This document shows positions 29,601 through 37,155 of a stretch of 64,000 bases of DNA, in pieces. Source of the stretch: an uncultured Bacteroidota bacterium (GTDB lineage: Bacteria > Bacteroidota > Bacteroidia > Chitinophagales > Chitinophagaceae); contig CAIMDZ010000051.1 in assembly GCA_903839875.1 (NCBI GenBank), positions 9,586 through 73,585 on the forward strand. The letters run 5' to 3'. How positions within the stretch are numbered: position 1 is the first letter of the stretch; each line of letters starts with the position of its first letter. The position numbers were made by a program, and so were the translations under genes. The notes under the pieces are model-generated. The model had not been told where the DNA came from and made no database searches. It saw nothing but the letters and a program-made list of their open reading frames with translations.

Positions 29601-30263
29601 TACCCTTGAGCCTGCCAGGTGATTTGCAGCGAGTGTGCTTGCGGCTTCGGCACAGTAGGTCTGCCCGGCATTCAGTACCACCGTAAATGTTGCACCTGCG
29701 GCATGGCCTGCAATGGCCTGGGCGGGAGTAATTGTTACAGTTGTGGCGTTTTGAGTGGCAACAATGTCGAAAGCATTATGAGGTGTGGGTGTATAACCGG
29801 GATCATTATTCAATACATTCTGTCCGGGTATCCAGAAATCAACACCAACCGCATTGCTGCCTTTTAAAACGAAATCTTCGGGGTTGCAAAGACAGGCACC
29901 ACTCACAACATGGTAGTAGGCTGAAATTGGTGTAGTTGCAACTATGTGCAGACCAAAATTCAATACTGTATTCGGGGGTTTGTTTTCAAGAACATTGATC
30001 CATGGAGTGAGGTCAAAAGATACGGTGCTGTTAGCAGGTATCGCCACCACTGTGGTCGGGAAGCCGCCACCGGCAGGTTGTGATATGGTTACGCTGGCTG
30101 CCGATGCAAAAGCCGTCATTCTAAGGAATATGGGCCTGTCCAGATTTAATCCGCCGGTCTGGGAAACTTCCGGGCATACAAACCAGAATTCGGTATCCTG
30201 CTGTGCCGGGGAATAACAAAAACTTAGAGAAAACAGTAACGAAAGAAACAGAGGCTTCATCAT
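26628..30263 (-). CDS. Large secreted adhesin-like protein: IgGFc-binding N-terminal domain, Ig-like repeats, T9SS type B (gliding-motility-associated/CHU_C) C-terminal domain
   Basis: Signal peptide, DTEFWF and LGTQYI, repeats of YCQF...L-x-WY...APTP-x-T...TYYV, C-terminal FPNAFTPNG...WDG-x-YNG...KGDVTLVR. Confidence 0.9.
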   Translation of the reverse strand: MMKPLFLSLLFSLSFCYSPAQQDTEFWFVCPEVSQTGGLNLDRPIFLRMTAFASAASVTISQPAGGGFPTTVVAIPANSTVSFDLTPWINVLENKPPNTVLNFGLHIVATTPISAYYHVVSGACLCNPEDFVLKGSNAVGVDFWIPGQNVLNNDPGYTPTPHNAFDIVATQNATTVTITPAQAIAGHAAGATFTVVLNAGQTYCAEAASTLAANHLAGSRVTSDKPIAITEKDDLLGYTSLGVYGADLIGDQIVPTNVLGTQYIPMYGGLTAPGDRLFITATQPGTTISLNGTYVTTIGAGATYMMFCPSPSGYVQTNNPVYVYQLSGIHSEVGSALLPQINCTGSNTVSIQQSSTIDFKLNLLVKTVGTGSFLVNGAAGVITSGMFTIVPATGGIWSSAQVTMPVASYPIGSVLNIANAGNLFQMGYLSSGPPNSGADFGYFSNYGGINPNPNGTTNICDGDSLKLYADSFGLATYLWSGPGGFISTLENPFIPGSVSPDSGTYKVIVHTPGCTDSGTISIAVHPYPDVNLGNDTLVCGAASLILQDLDAVYASDTFLWSNTSTTPTITVTTGGTYWVKVTNAVCSKTDTIHVSIVPLTYPIVTPVSYCQFAHAVPLTATGTGLKWYTAATGGTGNPMAPTPSTLTAGTTTYYVTSSSGPCESARIPVTVTIHPKPNPPAPSTASYCQFRTPVQVANVPGTTGGILTWYGPGVTAGTTIAPTPNTYIAPDTILYYVTETSTPFGCVSDSATDKVIIKLKPQPPLTRNVQYCENYPGARPLNEAVDSEYNSRLNWYYHAGPVPPIPVPPTNAGPGTKVWWVSQTVPATPDGCESDSAAIYVTIVPKPVFGIHASKPWVCQYDSIQLAYCCGPSLFEPFYYWTLPRGAFAASGTNIGDSIITVKFDSANQDNIVKLRAFNDSGFCYSDTFIHISVIPQPNAVAYSKPDVCLGDTVQLALATRSIGAYSFEWYVDATTIYDSHALGIITNNTAGTAGPFMITWVDSGLHIIKVYTSTIEGCKSEPTFDSVEVHTVPDATFYISSTVGANTLCLEDSIQLSAHTANYSYAYEWSPSDFFNNENKPVIWGRLRQDKSVITLRVTDPFGCYATSNMAIDPASCCTVLFPNAFTPNGAGPAENNVFRPYSSGHHLFHIFHIVNRWGQTVFESANSQDAAWDGRYNGIPQDMDVYYYYVKYDCDGKAIEKKGDVTLVR

Positions 30264-30351
30264 GGTTTTTAGTTTCGTTTATAGTAAACAATAAGTAACC
30301 GGTCAAAATTAAAGAATGACATCAGTATCCCTATGAATATTAGTTACCGGA

Positions 30352-30453
30352 TACTCAATATAAATTAGTCTGACCTCATTTACCTATAAAGCCCGGCCCA
30401 AAAGGGAGGGGCTATTAGCAACCCTTATTTTTTTGGACTAATTTTTAGGTATT
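30352..30453. other. Conserved structured non-coding element, copy 1 (candidate cis-regulatory RNA/DNA element)
   Basis: Two blocks 34/37 and 34/34 identical to 49271-49386, flanking a variable hairpin. Closing stem AAATTAGTC/GACTAATTT. Confidence 0.7.
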
Positions 30454-30594
30454 TGTATTGCCAGTTATCTTCCTTAAAGACATGTGAATTAGTGTCTTTA
30501 GTTGGGGGAAATCTCCCCTATTATTGGAGGGGAAAGCTAATTGCCTGGATTACAGGCAATTAGGAGGTTGACGAATTTCAAATTACGGCAATTA

Positions 30595-31398
30595 TCAGTT
30601 CCGATTATTATCCTTCCAGTTCGACCAGTTTATTTCACCGGTGATCCTGATGTCCCCGCCGGTGTATTGGCCGATAAGCGCCGAACCGAACCTGCCATCT
30701 TTTTTCTGTTCGAAATAGCCTGATGAGTTAAGTATCCAGGGTGTAAGTGAAATAAGCATAGACTCGCCATAGGGATATTGCAGATCGGTACCAATATACC
30801 CAGGTACAAGGATGCCCAGCCGGCCATTGCCATCCACATCGCCGGCATAACAATGGCAATACGGGGCTAATTCCGGCTCAACGAAAAGATGGATGCAGTG
30901 ATTGCTGAAGTCGGCAAGCAATTCGTAGATGATCATACAGCCGGTGCCGTTACAGTCGCGGTAGTGCGCCCTGATCCAGGCGTATTTATGTTTATTGAAG
31001 GAGAACGAGAACGCGGAGTCAAATTCAAAGAAACGCCCGGCCGATTCATCCACCACGCTTTCGTTATGGTTGACAGTGACGAACTTGCTCAGCAGGAATT
31101 TTTCCTTGCCTATATGCATCGAGCGGGGCTCTGACAGCATGGGGCCTTCTTCTTTATCGAAATAGCCGTCGTCGCTCACCTCCAATTTGCTGGTGTCGCA
31201 TACCATGTCTTTTTTAGACACCATGCTGTCCATAAACAGACCGAAATCAACGAAAAGCGGCATTCCGCCCGGTTCAGTATAGGGTGCAGGGGTGATTGTC
31301 TTTGGGGAGTCAACTGGGGTGGCAGGTGTTTTTTTGGCGGTGTTCTGCCTGCAGGACATAATGAACAGGCAGGATACAAGTAGGAGTGTACGGAACAT
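30595..31398 (-). CDS. Hypothetical lipoprotein (CNGTGC + DVDGxGR motif family), paralog 1
   Basis: Lipobox IMSC. Colinear similarity to 31517-32344. Confidence 0.8.
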   Translation of the reverse strand: MFRTLLLVSCLFIMSCRQNTAKKTPATPVDSPKTITPAPYTEPGGMPLFVDFGLFMDSMVSKKDMVCDTSKLEVSDDGYFDKEEGPMLSEPRSMHIGKEKFLLSKFVTVNHNESVVDESAGRFFEFDSAFSFSFNKHKYAWIRAHYRDCNGTGCMIIYELLADFSNHCIHLFVEPELAPYCHCYAGDVDGNGRLGILVPGYIGTDLQYPYGESMLISLTPWILNSSGYFEQKKDGRFGSALIGQYTGGDIRITGEINWSNWKDNNRN

Positions 31399-31516
31399 AA
31401 ACTTGCAGAGGGGGCCGGTGCTTTAGACCGGCAGACAGCTGTAAAGTTAACGCAGGGGAGTGAATATTATTTTAAGACTATGGAAATAAACAGTCCTTTG
31501 CTGCTTTATGCCAGCG

Positions 31517-32344
31517 CTACTGCCGGTATTTATCCCAGTCAGGCCAGTTCATTTCAGCCACTATTTTGAAATTGCGGGGAGAAAGACCATTGTAAAACTG
31601 GCCAACCAGGACAGAATATGATTTGCCATTCTTTTTTTGTTCAAAATAGCCCCGATCGTTGAGTGTATAGGGCGTCAGGGAAATCAGGTTAGTATCGCAG
31701 TAAACCCATCCGCAATTATTGATGCTGATTATTTCGGGCAACAGGAAATCGAGCCTTCCGTCGCCATCCACATCACCGAAATACCTGCTTTCAAACGGCA
31801 GGGCAAATGCACTAAAAAGGTGCAGCCGGTGATGCTGAAAGTCAGCGATCATCTGAAATTCTGCAAGGCAGCCGGTGCCATTGCAGTTGTAAATGTGGGC
31901 GGTAACCCAGGCGTACTTTTTGTTTTTGAAGCTAAACATCACAGCCGAATCCACCTCGAACGTACGCCCATCCTCACTGCCTTCAAAAAAGTCGTCATCT
32001 CCGTTAACACAGATTATTTTACTCGTTAAAAAGTGCTCTTTGCCAACAAAGAAATTGCGGGGTTTTACGGGAGTTGGTCCCCATTCTTTGTCGAAGAACC
32101 AGTCTTCGCCAGCCTCGGTTTTTTTGGTTGAGAATACGATATCTTTTTTCGAGATAAAGCTGTCCATGAACCTGTCATAGCTGCTATCGTCGGGAAGGTC
32201 TTGTTGGGTGATTTTAGGTGTTTGTTTTGAGGTGTCTTTTACTATTGTAGCAGTCACATTATGCCCGCTATCCTTGCAGGATGCAAAGGATAGGGTAATG
32301 AACAATAAGAAGAAATGCCGCAAAGGCATTAATAAATGCTTCAT
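31517..32344 (-). CDS. Hypothetical lipoprotein (CNGTGC + DVDGDGRLD motif family), paralog 2
   Basis: Lipobox FASC from ATG 32344 (track 32365). Shared motifs with paralog 1. Confidence 0.8.
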   Translation of the reverse strand: MKHLLMPLRHFFLLFITLSFASCKDSGHNVTATIVKDTSKQTPKITQQDLPDDSSYDRFMDSFISKKDIVFSTKKTEAGEDWFFDKEWGPTPVKPRNFFVGKEHFLTSKIICVNGDDDFFEGSEDGRTFEVDSAVMFSFKNKKYAWVTAHIYNCNGTGCLAEFQMIADFQHHRLHLFSAFALPFESRYFGDVDGDGRLDFLLPEIISINNCGWVYCDTNLISLTPYTLNDRGYFEQKKNGKSYSVLVGQFYNGLSPRNFKIVAEMNWPDWDKYRQ

Positions 32345-32854
32345 AGTATTCGAATCTGGCAGCAAGGTAAAGGAATTTTGGAGTAGGGGAAGGGGGCTTG
32401 TGGAATTTATTGCGCAGATGCGATTGATGAATTACCGTTGATATGCTCTGCCTAAAGATATTGGGTATAGGCAAAGCATTCATTCATATCTGTCTGATGT
32501 TGACAGCTTTTGGAATTGAATATATATCGATTATGCTCATCCGCCGTTTGTTGCAATGAGTTGGCATTGTTCTTATAGATGGTAAGTGGAATAAATTTTT
32601 CACTATAAAACCGTTAAGTTATGTATAGTAAAATACGAATAGCAATCCTGGCATTGGGTATACTTTTCCCTGTATTGTCTGATGCGCAAACAAACAGGAT
32701 TGCCCCTGCAACTCCTTATTTCTTTTACAGCACAGAAAATGATTTGCAGTATTGGCTCAATACTACCGCTCTTAATACATTTATCTGCCTCATTTTTGAA
32801 AGCATCAAAATTAAATGTCGGGTTTATTTTATCGGGAATTTGCTCTTCCATTGC

Positions 32855-33196
32855 TTATCCCATTTTATTTTTATGAAGATAATTGGATGCCTCTCCGGCT
32901 ATTTCATCCTTTGTCTTTCTTTTCCCGCTCCTTAACCATTGGGTTAATTCTTCACGGTCAAAATATACCTTACCTTCCTTTTTCATGTTAGGAATTATTT
33001 CAGCAGCGATGTATCCTTTTAGAGTGCGCGGTGCTACGTCTAAAAATTCGCATGCCTTATCGAATCCCATGAATGGGTTAACGTCTGTAAGTTCTTTTGT
33101 TGGTTGCTGATTGTCGCTGATTGCGGACTTTACTGACTTGCTGATTAGTATCTCTAATTCAGTCAAGGGGATTGGGGAAAGAATTATGTCGTTCAT
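32855..33196 (-). CDS. Helix-turn-helix (HTH_17/MerR-like) excisionase-type DNA-binding protein
   Basis: MGFDKACEFLDVAPRTLKGYI...IP-x-x-K-x-x-GKVYFDREELTQWL. Confidence 0.85.
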   Translation of the reverse strand: MNDIILSPIPLTELEILISKSVKSAISDNQQPTKELTDVNPFMGFDKACEFLDVAPRTLKGYIAAEIIPNMKKEGKVYFDREELTQWLRSGKRKTKDEIAGEASNYLHKNKMG

Positions 33197-33286
33197 TTGA
33201 AGCTGCTTTGATGCAGTGCAAATGTGGGCAATGATTTACCGCTGATACTACAGTAAATACAAAACGTATTTGCTGTATTTACTGTA

Positions 33287-34099
33287 TCACGGTGCAGTTT
33301 GTTTCTTGGCTGGAATGAATTTAAATTCTTCTATAAATGGTTGTTTCGGGTATCTACTTAGGGAATCTTTCTTAGCTGGAATATTGAAGGTGTTTTTCAG
33401 AATAGAAAGTTTTTGTGCAGGGCTTAATTTATCTCCGGTTATATATCCCATCTTGCAAAGGTGCTCTAACAATCCATGTCCTTTAGATATACATCCTTTG
33501 CTCCTATCCAACCATACTACTATCTCGCTTTGTTTATCTAAATAGTTATCGCCTTTTAATAGCTTTATTATTTTATCATAATCGGTGTATGTCTTAAACA
33601 CGTCCTTCAATGTTAATCCTGCTGCTGGCTGCTTTGAATTAATTTTCTTAGATTCTTCCTTTCGCTGATTATCTTGAATTTGTTTAGGGAATAATTTATA
33701 AAAAAGGTCTTCAATTTTTTGTCTAAGTTCGGTAACATCTGTGTATATATCTGCCTTATGCAGTTGAATCTGCAATTGCGAAAGCTTCGATAGTTCCTTC
33801 AAATAACTGTGTATTTCTCGATAGGCATCCTTTGTGTCAAGGTCGTTATCATCAGGATTGAAAATTATCCATTTATCACTTTTATTTGAACCGGTGTCGC
33901 TCCAACTTTTAACGTTCAGTCGTGGGTTTGATTTAATAACGTCCTGGACTGTGTTTCCATTAATTGGGTGTACTTTGAAAAAATCCCATTTCTTATCAAC
34001 TAATGTGTCAATTTGGTAAGCAGTAATAACCTCAACAGGTGAGGTTATATTACTGATATCGTAGAGACCTTCATACCAAATTTCTTCTGGCGACTTCAT
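33287..34099 (-). CDS. Hypothetical protein of integrative element
   Basis: 270-aa ORF co-oriented between the integrase and the HTH gene. C-terminal LSILKNTF-type ending. Confidence 0.7.
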   Translation of the reverse strand: MKSPEEIWYEGLYDISNITSPVEVITAYQIDTLVDKKWDFFKVHPINGNTVQDVIKSNPRLNVKSWSDTGSNKSDKWIIFNPDDNDLDTKDAYREIHSYLKELSKLSQLQIQLHKADIYTDVTELRQKIEDLFYKLFPKQIQDNQRKEESKKINSKQPAAGLTLKDVFKTYTDYDKIIKLLKGDNYLDKQSEIVVWLDRSKGCISKGHGLLEHLCKMGYITGDKLSPAQKLSILKNTFNIPAKKDSLSRYPKQPFIEEFKFIPAKKQTAP

Positions 34100-34108
34100 C
34101 CCGATTTT

Positions 34109-35317
34109 TTATAGGTTTATCATAACTTTGTTTGCAGCCTCTTTTTTCTTGCCGTCTATAATCTTAGCATAAATCTGTGTCGTTGAAATATTTTGATGCC
34201 CGAGCATCTTACTTACCGTATAAAGGTCTGTCCCCAAAGTTATCTGCAAAGTAGCGTATGTATGTCTGAAACAATGAAAAGTGATATGCTTATTTATTCC
34301 GGCAGACCTTATCCACCTATCAATTAATGTATTTTGAAATGCACTATATTTGATAGTCGGGAATACTCTTTCGTTACTTGTTTTCCTCTGGCCGACAAAA
34401 CTGTAAGCCTGTGCTGATATTGGGAGTGTTTCGGCTCGGTCTGTCTTTTGAGTAATAAAGCGGATGTAATAATTCCCGTTGTCGTCAAATACTTCGCTCC
34501 ACGTTAATTTTTCTACGTCTCCCCAACGAAGACCAGTTAGTGCGCTGAACATGCAAGCATTTTTTAACTCCGGTAATTCGCAGGAAATTTTTACCAGCTT
34601 TTGAAGTTCCTCCTGTATCAAAAATTCCCTTTGCTTATTTTCTACTCGCTTAATACGCTTAACGTCCTTAATGGCGTCCTCCGTCAATAGCTTGTCTTTA
34701 ATTGCGCTCCTTAATACGTTCAAAAAATTAGCGTAATAAACAGATAGGGTATTATTAGAAAGGTTGGCTCTGCCACCTGCGAAGGCTTTGATCGATAAAA
34801 GGTACTCTTTGAAGTCCTCGCAAAATGCCGGAGTAATTATGCTCGCCGGACAATTACTATTAGTAAACTTATCCAAATATGTGTAAGTAGAAAGGTAATT
34901 ATTATCCTTATTCAGTTCTTTTTGTTTATCGGCTTTCTCCTTAAAGTAAGCAAGAAAATCGGCGTGTCGATCTATCATTAAAAAACCGTAATCCTTTGCC
35001 TGTATTTGTATTTGTCTTTGTGCCTTTATTGTCTCGGCTAATTCATAAGTCTCTTTATTATGCTGTCTTTGTAGTTGGGTAAGCCTTATTTTCTTAGGCT
35101 CTTTCTTAGCATCCAATACAGGGACTATCCGTATTAGTTCCTTATCACTACTCATGTATTTTTCCTCAATCATTTCGACGTCTGAAAATACATACAAGCT
35201 TAAAAATTCGCGTCTTGTCGCCTTACCTGTAAGCGGGTTAGTTATGGCAGGGTAAAAATCTAAATAAAGCCTTAACTTGTTGTCCTGTATTGGTTTTGTC
35301 CTTAGTGTTACTTTCAT
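34109..35317 (-). CDS. Tyrosine recombinase/integrase (Arm-DNA-binding + SAM-like + catalytic)
   Basis: MKVTLR...LYLDFYP, TGLRWGD (R), QKT (K), FHCFRH (HxxR), LGH...TTQIY (H, Y), all intact. Start 35317 preferred over 35365. Confidence 0.93.
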   Translation of the reverse strand: MKVTLRTKPIQDNKLRLYLDFYPAITNPLTGKATRREFLSLYVFSDVEMIEEKYMSSDKELIRIVPVLDAKKEPKKIRLTQLQRQHNKETYELAETIKAQRQIQIQAKDYGFLMIDRHADFLAYFKEKADKQKELNKDNNYLSTYTYLDKFTNSNCPASIITPAFCEDFKEYLLSIKAFAGGRANLSNNTLSVYYANFLNVLRSAIKDKLLTEDAIKDVKRIKRVENKQREFLIQEELQKLVKISCELPELKNACMFSALTGLRWGDVEKLTWSEVFDDNGNYYIRFITQKTDRAETLPISAQAYSFVGQRKTSNERVFPTIKYSAFQNTLIDRWIRSAGINKHITFHCFRHTYATLQITLGTDLYTVSKMLGHQNISTTQIYAKIIDGKKKEAANKVMINL

Positions 35318-35505
35318 GTTTGTAGTTTGTACCTGTGAACTGATATCGTTTATCCAAAGGTACAAAATAGGTACAAGAAAAGAAAATAATTCGCACTTTT
35401 TTTCTCAGTTTATTTATTATATTTTTAAGTAAGATAGTCTATAATAAAGGCTTTCATGTGTTTTTCGGTGCAATGTCGTGCAAATTGGTGCACTCTCTAA
35501 AATAT

Positions 35506-35581
35506 GATTTGACAACTTTGGGAAAGTTGTCAAATCTTAACCCACGTAGATGTGCCACACCTATGAGGTGTGGCACATCTA
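35506..35581. repeat. Two adjacent perfect palindromes (REP-like)
   Basis: GATTTGACAACTTT-GGG-AAAGTTGTCAAATC (35506-35536) and TAGATGTGCCACACCT-ATG-AGGTGTGGCACATCTA (35547-35581). Confidence 0.8.
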
Positions 35582-35629
35582 ATGTTTACACCATAATATT
35601 TACCTTTACCCCGTTTTAAACACCATTTT

Positions 35630-36052
35630 ATGAAATTAAGATATGCTCTTTTGTCGGCTTGTATGTTTGTTGCCGTTGCTGTTCAGGCTCAGGACAGAGC
35701 AAAACCTGCGCCTCCACCTCCACCCGCACATGGCTCCCCTCCACCGGGTATTTATACCTATGTGGAACAAATGCCTTCCGCCGGGTATGACTATCAGCAA
35801 TTCCTCAATAATCATCTTCATTACCCGGATTCAGCCAGAGTGCATGATATAGAGGGTAGGGTAATCGTAAAATTTGTTGTCAATGAGGACGGCAGTATTT
35901 CAGATTGCTCGATTGCGAAAGGCGTGAACAGCTACCTTGATGCCGAAGCGCTAAGGGTAGTGAGGAAGTTCCCACCCTGGAAGCCTGGCCACAACAACGG
36001 GAAACCGGTAAAGGTGTATTTTACACTGCCGATAGTTTTTAAGTTGCAGTAG
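35630..36052 (+). CDS. TonB C-terminal domain protein
   Basis: Pro-rich stretch, then VEQMP...L-x-YP...IEGRVIVKFVVNEDG...WKPG...V-x-FTLPIVF. N-terminus resembles a cleavable signal peptide. Confidence 0.88.
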   Translation: MKLRYALLSACMFVAVAVQAQDRAKPAPPPPPAHGSPPPGIYTYVEQMPSAGYDYQQFLNNHLHYPDSARVHDIEGRVIVKFVVNEDGSISDCSIAKGVNSYLDAEALRVVRKFPPWKPGHNNGKPVKVYFTLPIVFKLQ

Positions 36053-36130
36053 GCTTTCAAATTGTGGTGAATACATCTGCGGATACACTCAGCCTTTGAC
36101 GTCTGCCACATCTGCTATACATTTGACCCC

Positions 36131-36919
36131 ATGTTATCACTTGACTTATCAGGTAAGACCGCTCTTATAGGTGGCAGCACACAGGGTATAGGCCTGGCTT
36201 CAGCGCAGGCGCTGGCATCGCTGGGTGCACGATGTGTACTGATTTCCCGGAATGAAGAAAAACTAAAAGAAGCAGTAAAGACGCTGTATACTAAAGCAGG
36301 GCAGCAGCACACCTACCTTATTGCTGATTATGCCAATACAGACCAGGTACGGGAAGTTGTTGAAGGATTTGTTGCAACTAATACTATCCATATACTCATT
36401 AACAACAGTGGCGGGCCTGCAGGCGGACCAATAACAAAGGCCAGGCCTGAAGAATTTATCAATGCATTTCAGCAGCACCTTATTTGTAACCATATCATTA
36501 CCATGCTTGTGACCGAGGGGATGAAGCAGGCAGGTTATGGCCGGGTAATCAATATTATTTCTACTTCCGTGAAGATACCGCTGAAAGACCTTGGTGTTTC
36601 CAATACTATACGCGGAGCGGTGGCTTCGTGGGCTAAGACGATGGCCAATGAACTGGGGCAGTTTGGTATTACAGTAAATAATGTATTACCGGGAGCAACT
36701 TCAACGGAACGGTTATCGGCAATTATTAATAATAAGTCTGCAAAAACCGGTAAGACCAAAGAAGAAACCGAGCAGGAAATGATGGCAGAGGTGCCTGCCC
36801 GCCGTTTCGGCAAGCCGGAAGAGATAGCAGCAATGGTTGCTTTCCTGGCCAGCCCGGCTGCAGCTTATGTCAACGGCGCTTCAATTCCGGTGGATGGGGG
36901 GCGGACAGGGAGTATTTAG
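36131..36919 (+). CDS. SDR family oxidoreductase (BKR-like atypical subgroup)
   Basis: GSTQGIG, INNSGGP, ITVNNVLPG, NGASIPVDGG. SNTIR in place of YxxxK. Confidence 0.88.
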   Translation: MLSLDLSGKTALIGGSTQGIGLASAQALASLGARCVLISRNEEKLKEAVKTLYTKAGQQHTYLIADYANTDQVREVVEGFVATNTIHILINNSGGPAGGPITKARPEEFINAFQQHLICNHIITMLVTEGMKQAGYGRVINIISTSVKIPLKDLGVSNTIRGAVASWAKTMANELGQFGITVNNVLPGATSTERLSAIINNKSAKTGKTKEETEQEMMAEVPARRFGKPEEIAAMVAFLASPAAAYVNGASIPVDGGRTGSI

Positions 36920-37100
36920 GCTAATAAGATAAAAAAGCCCTTTTATCCTGGTTCTAATTTTTTTAAAAATAATAATAATTATTTTTCTTTGACATACTAA
37001 TGACATTACAAATAAAATAATAACAAAAACCACGCTCAAACCCGCGCCAATACTGAAAAACATTTTTCAAAAAATGTGTGCTATTTTTCGGAATTGTTTG

Positions 37101-37108
37101 TAGTTTTG
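37101..37108 (+). promoter_or_regulatory. Promoter -7 box for the ACIII operon
   Basis: TAGTTTTG (TAnnTTTG). Implies the true actA start is downstream, probably GTG 37156. Confidence 0.55.
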
Positions 37109-37155
37109 CGCACCCATTTTTATATAACGGAAAGTTAATTTTCAAATTTATTACT

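Larger units (their letters stand above)
32603..35365 (-). mobile_element. Truncated integrative element (integrase, hypothetical, excisionase-like HTH, short ORF)
   Basis: Gene order typical of the left end of Bacteroidota integrative elements, AT-rich sequence, no tra/mob/rep genes. Boundaries approximate. Confidence 0.65.

Noticed and set aside
30352-30453. Assignment of the conserved element to a known riboswitch (loose UCAUUUACC similarity to SAM-II)
   Set aside because: The rest of the consensus and the pseudoknot are absent, and the downstream genes are unrelated to SAM metabolism. Left unassigned.
35366-35629. tRNA or attL/attR next to the integrase
   Set aside because: No cloverleaf or TTCGA-type T-loop, and no convincing direct repeat shared with the other flank.
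37078-37155. Track start of actA at 37078
   Set aside because: A TAnnTTTG promoter box lies inside this segment (37101-37108), so the start is probably GTG 37156.
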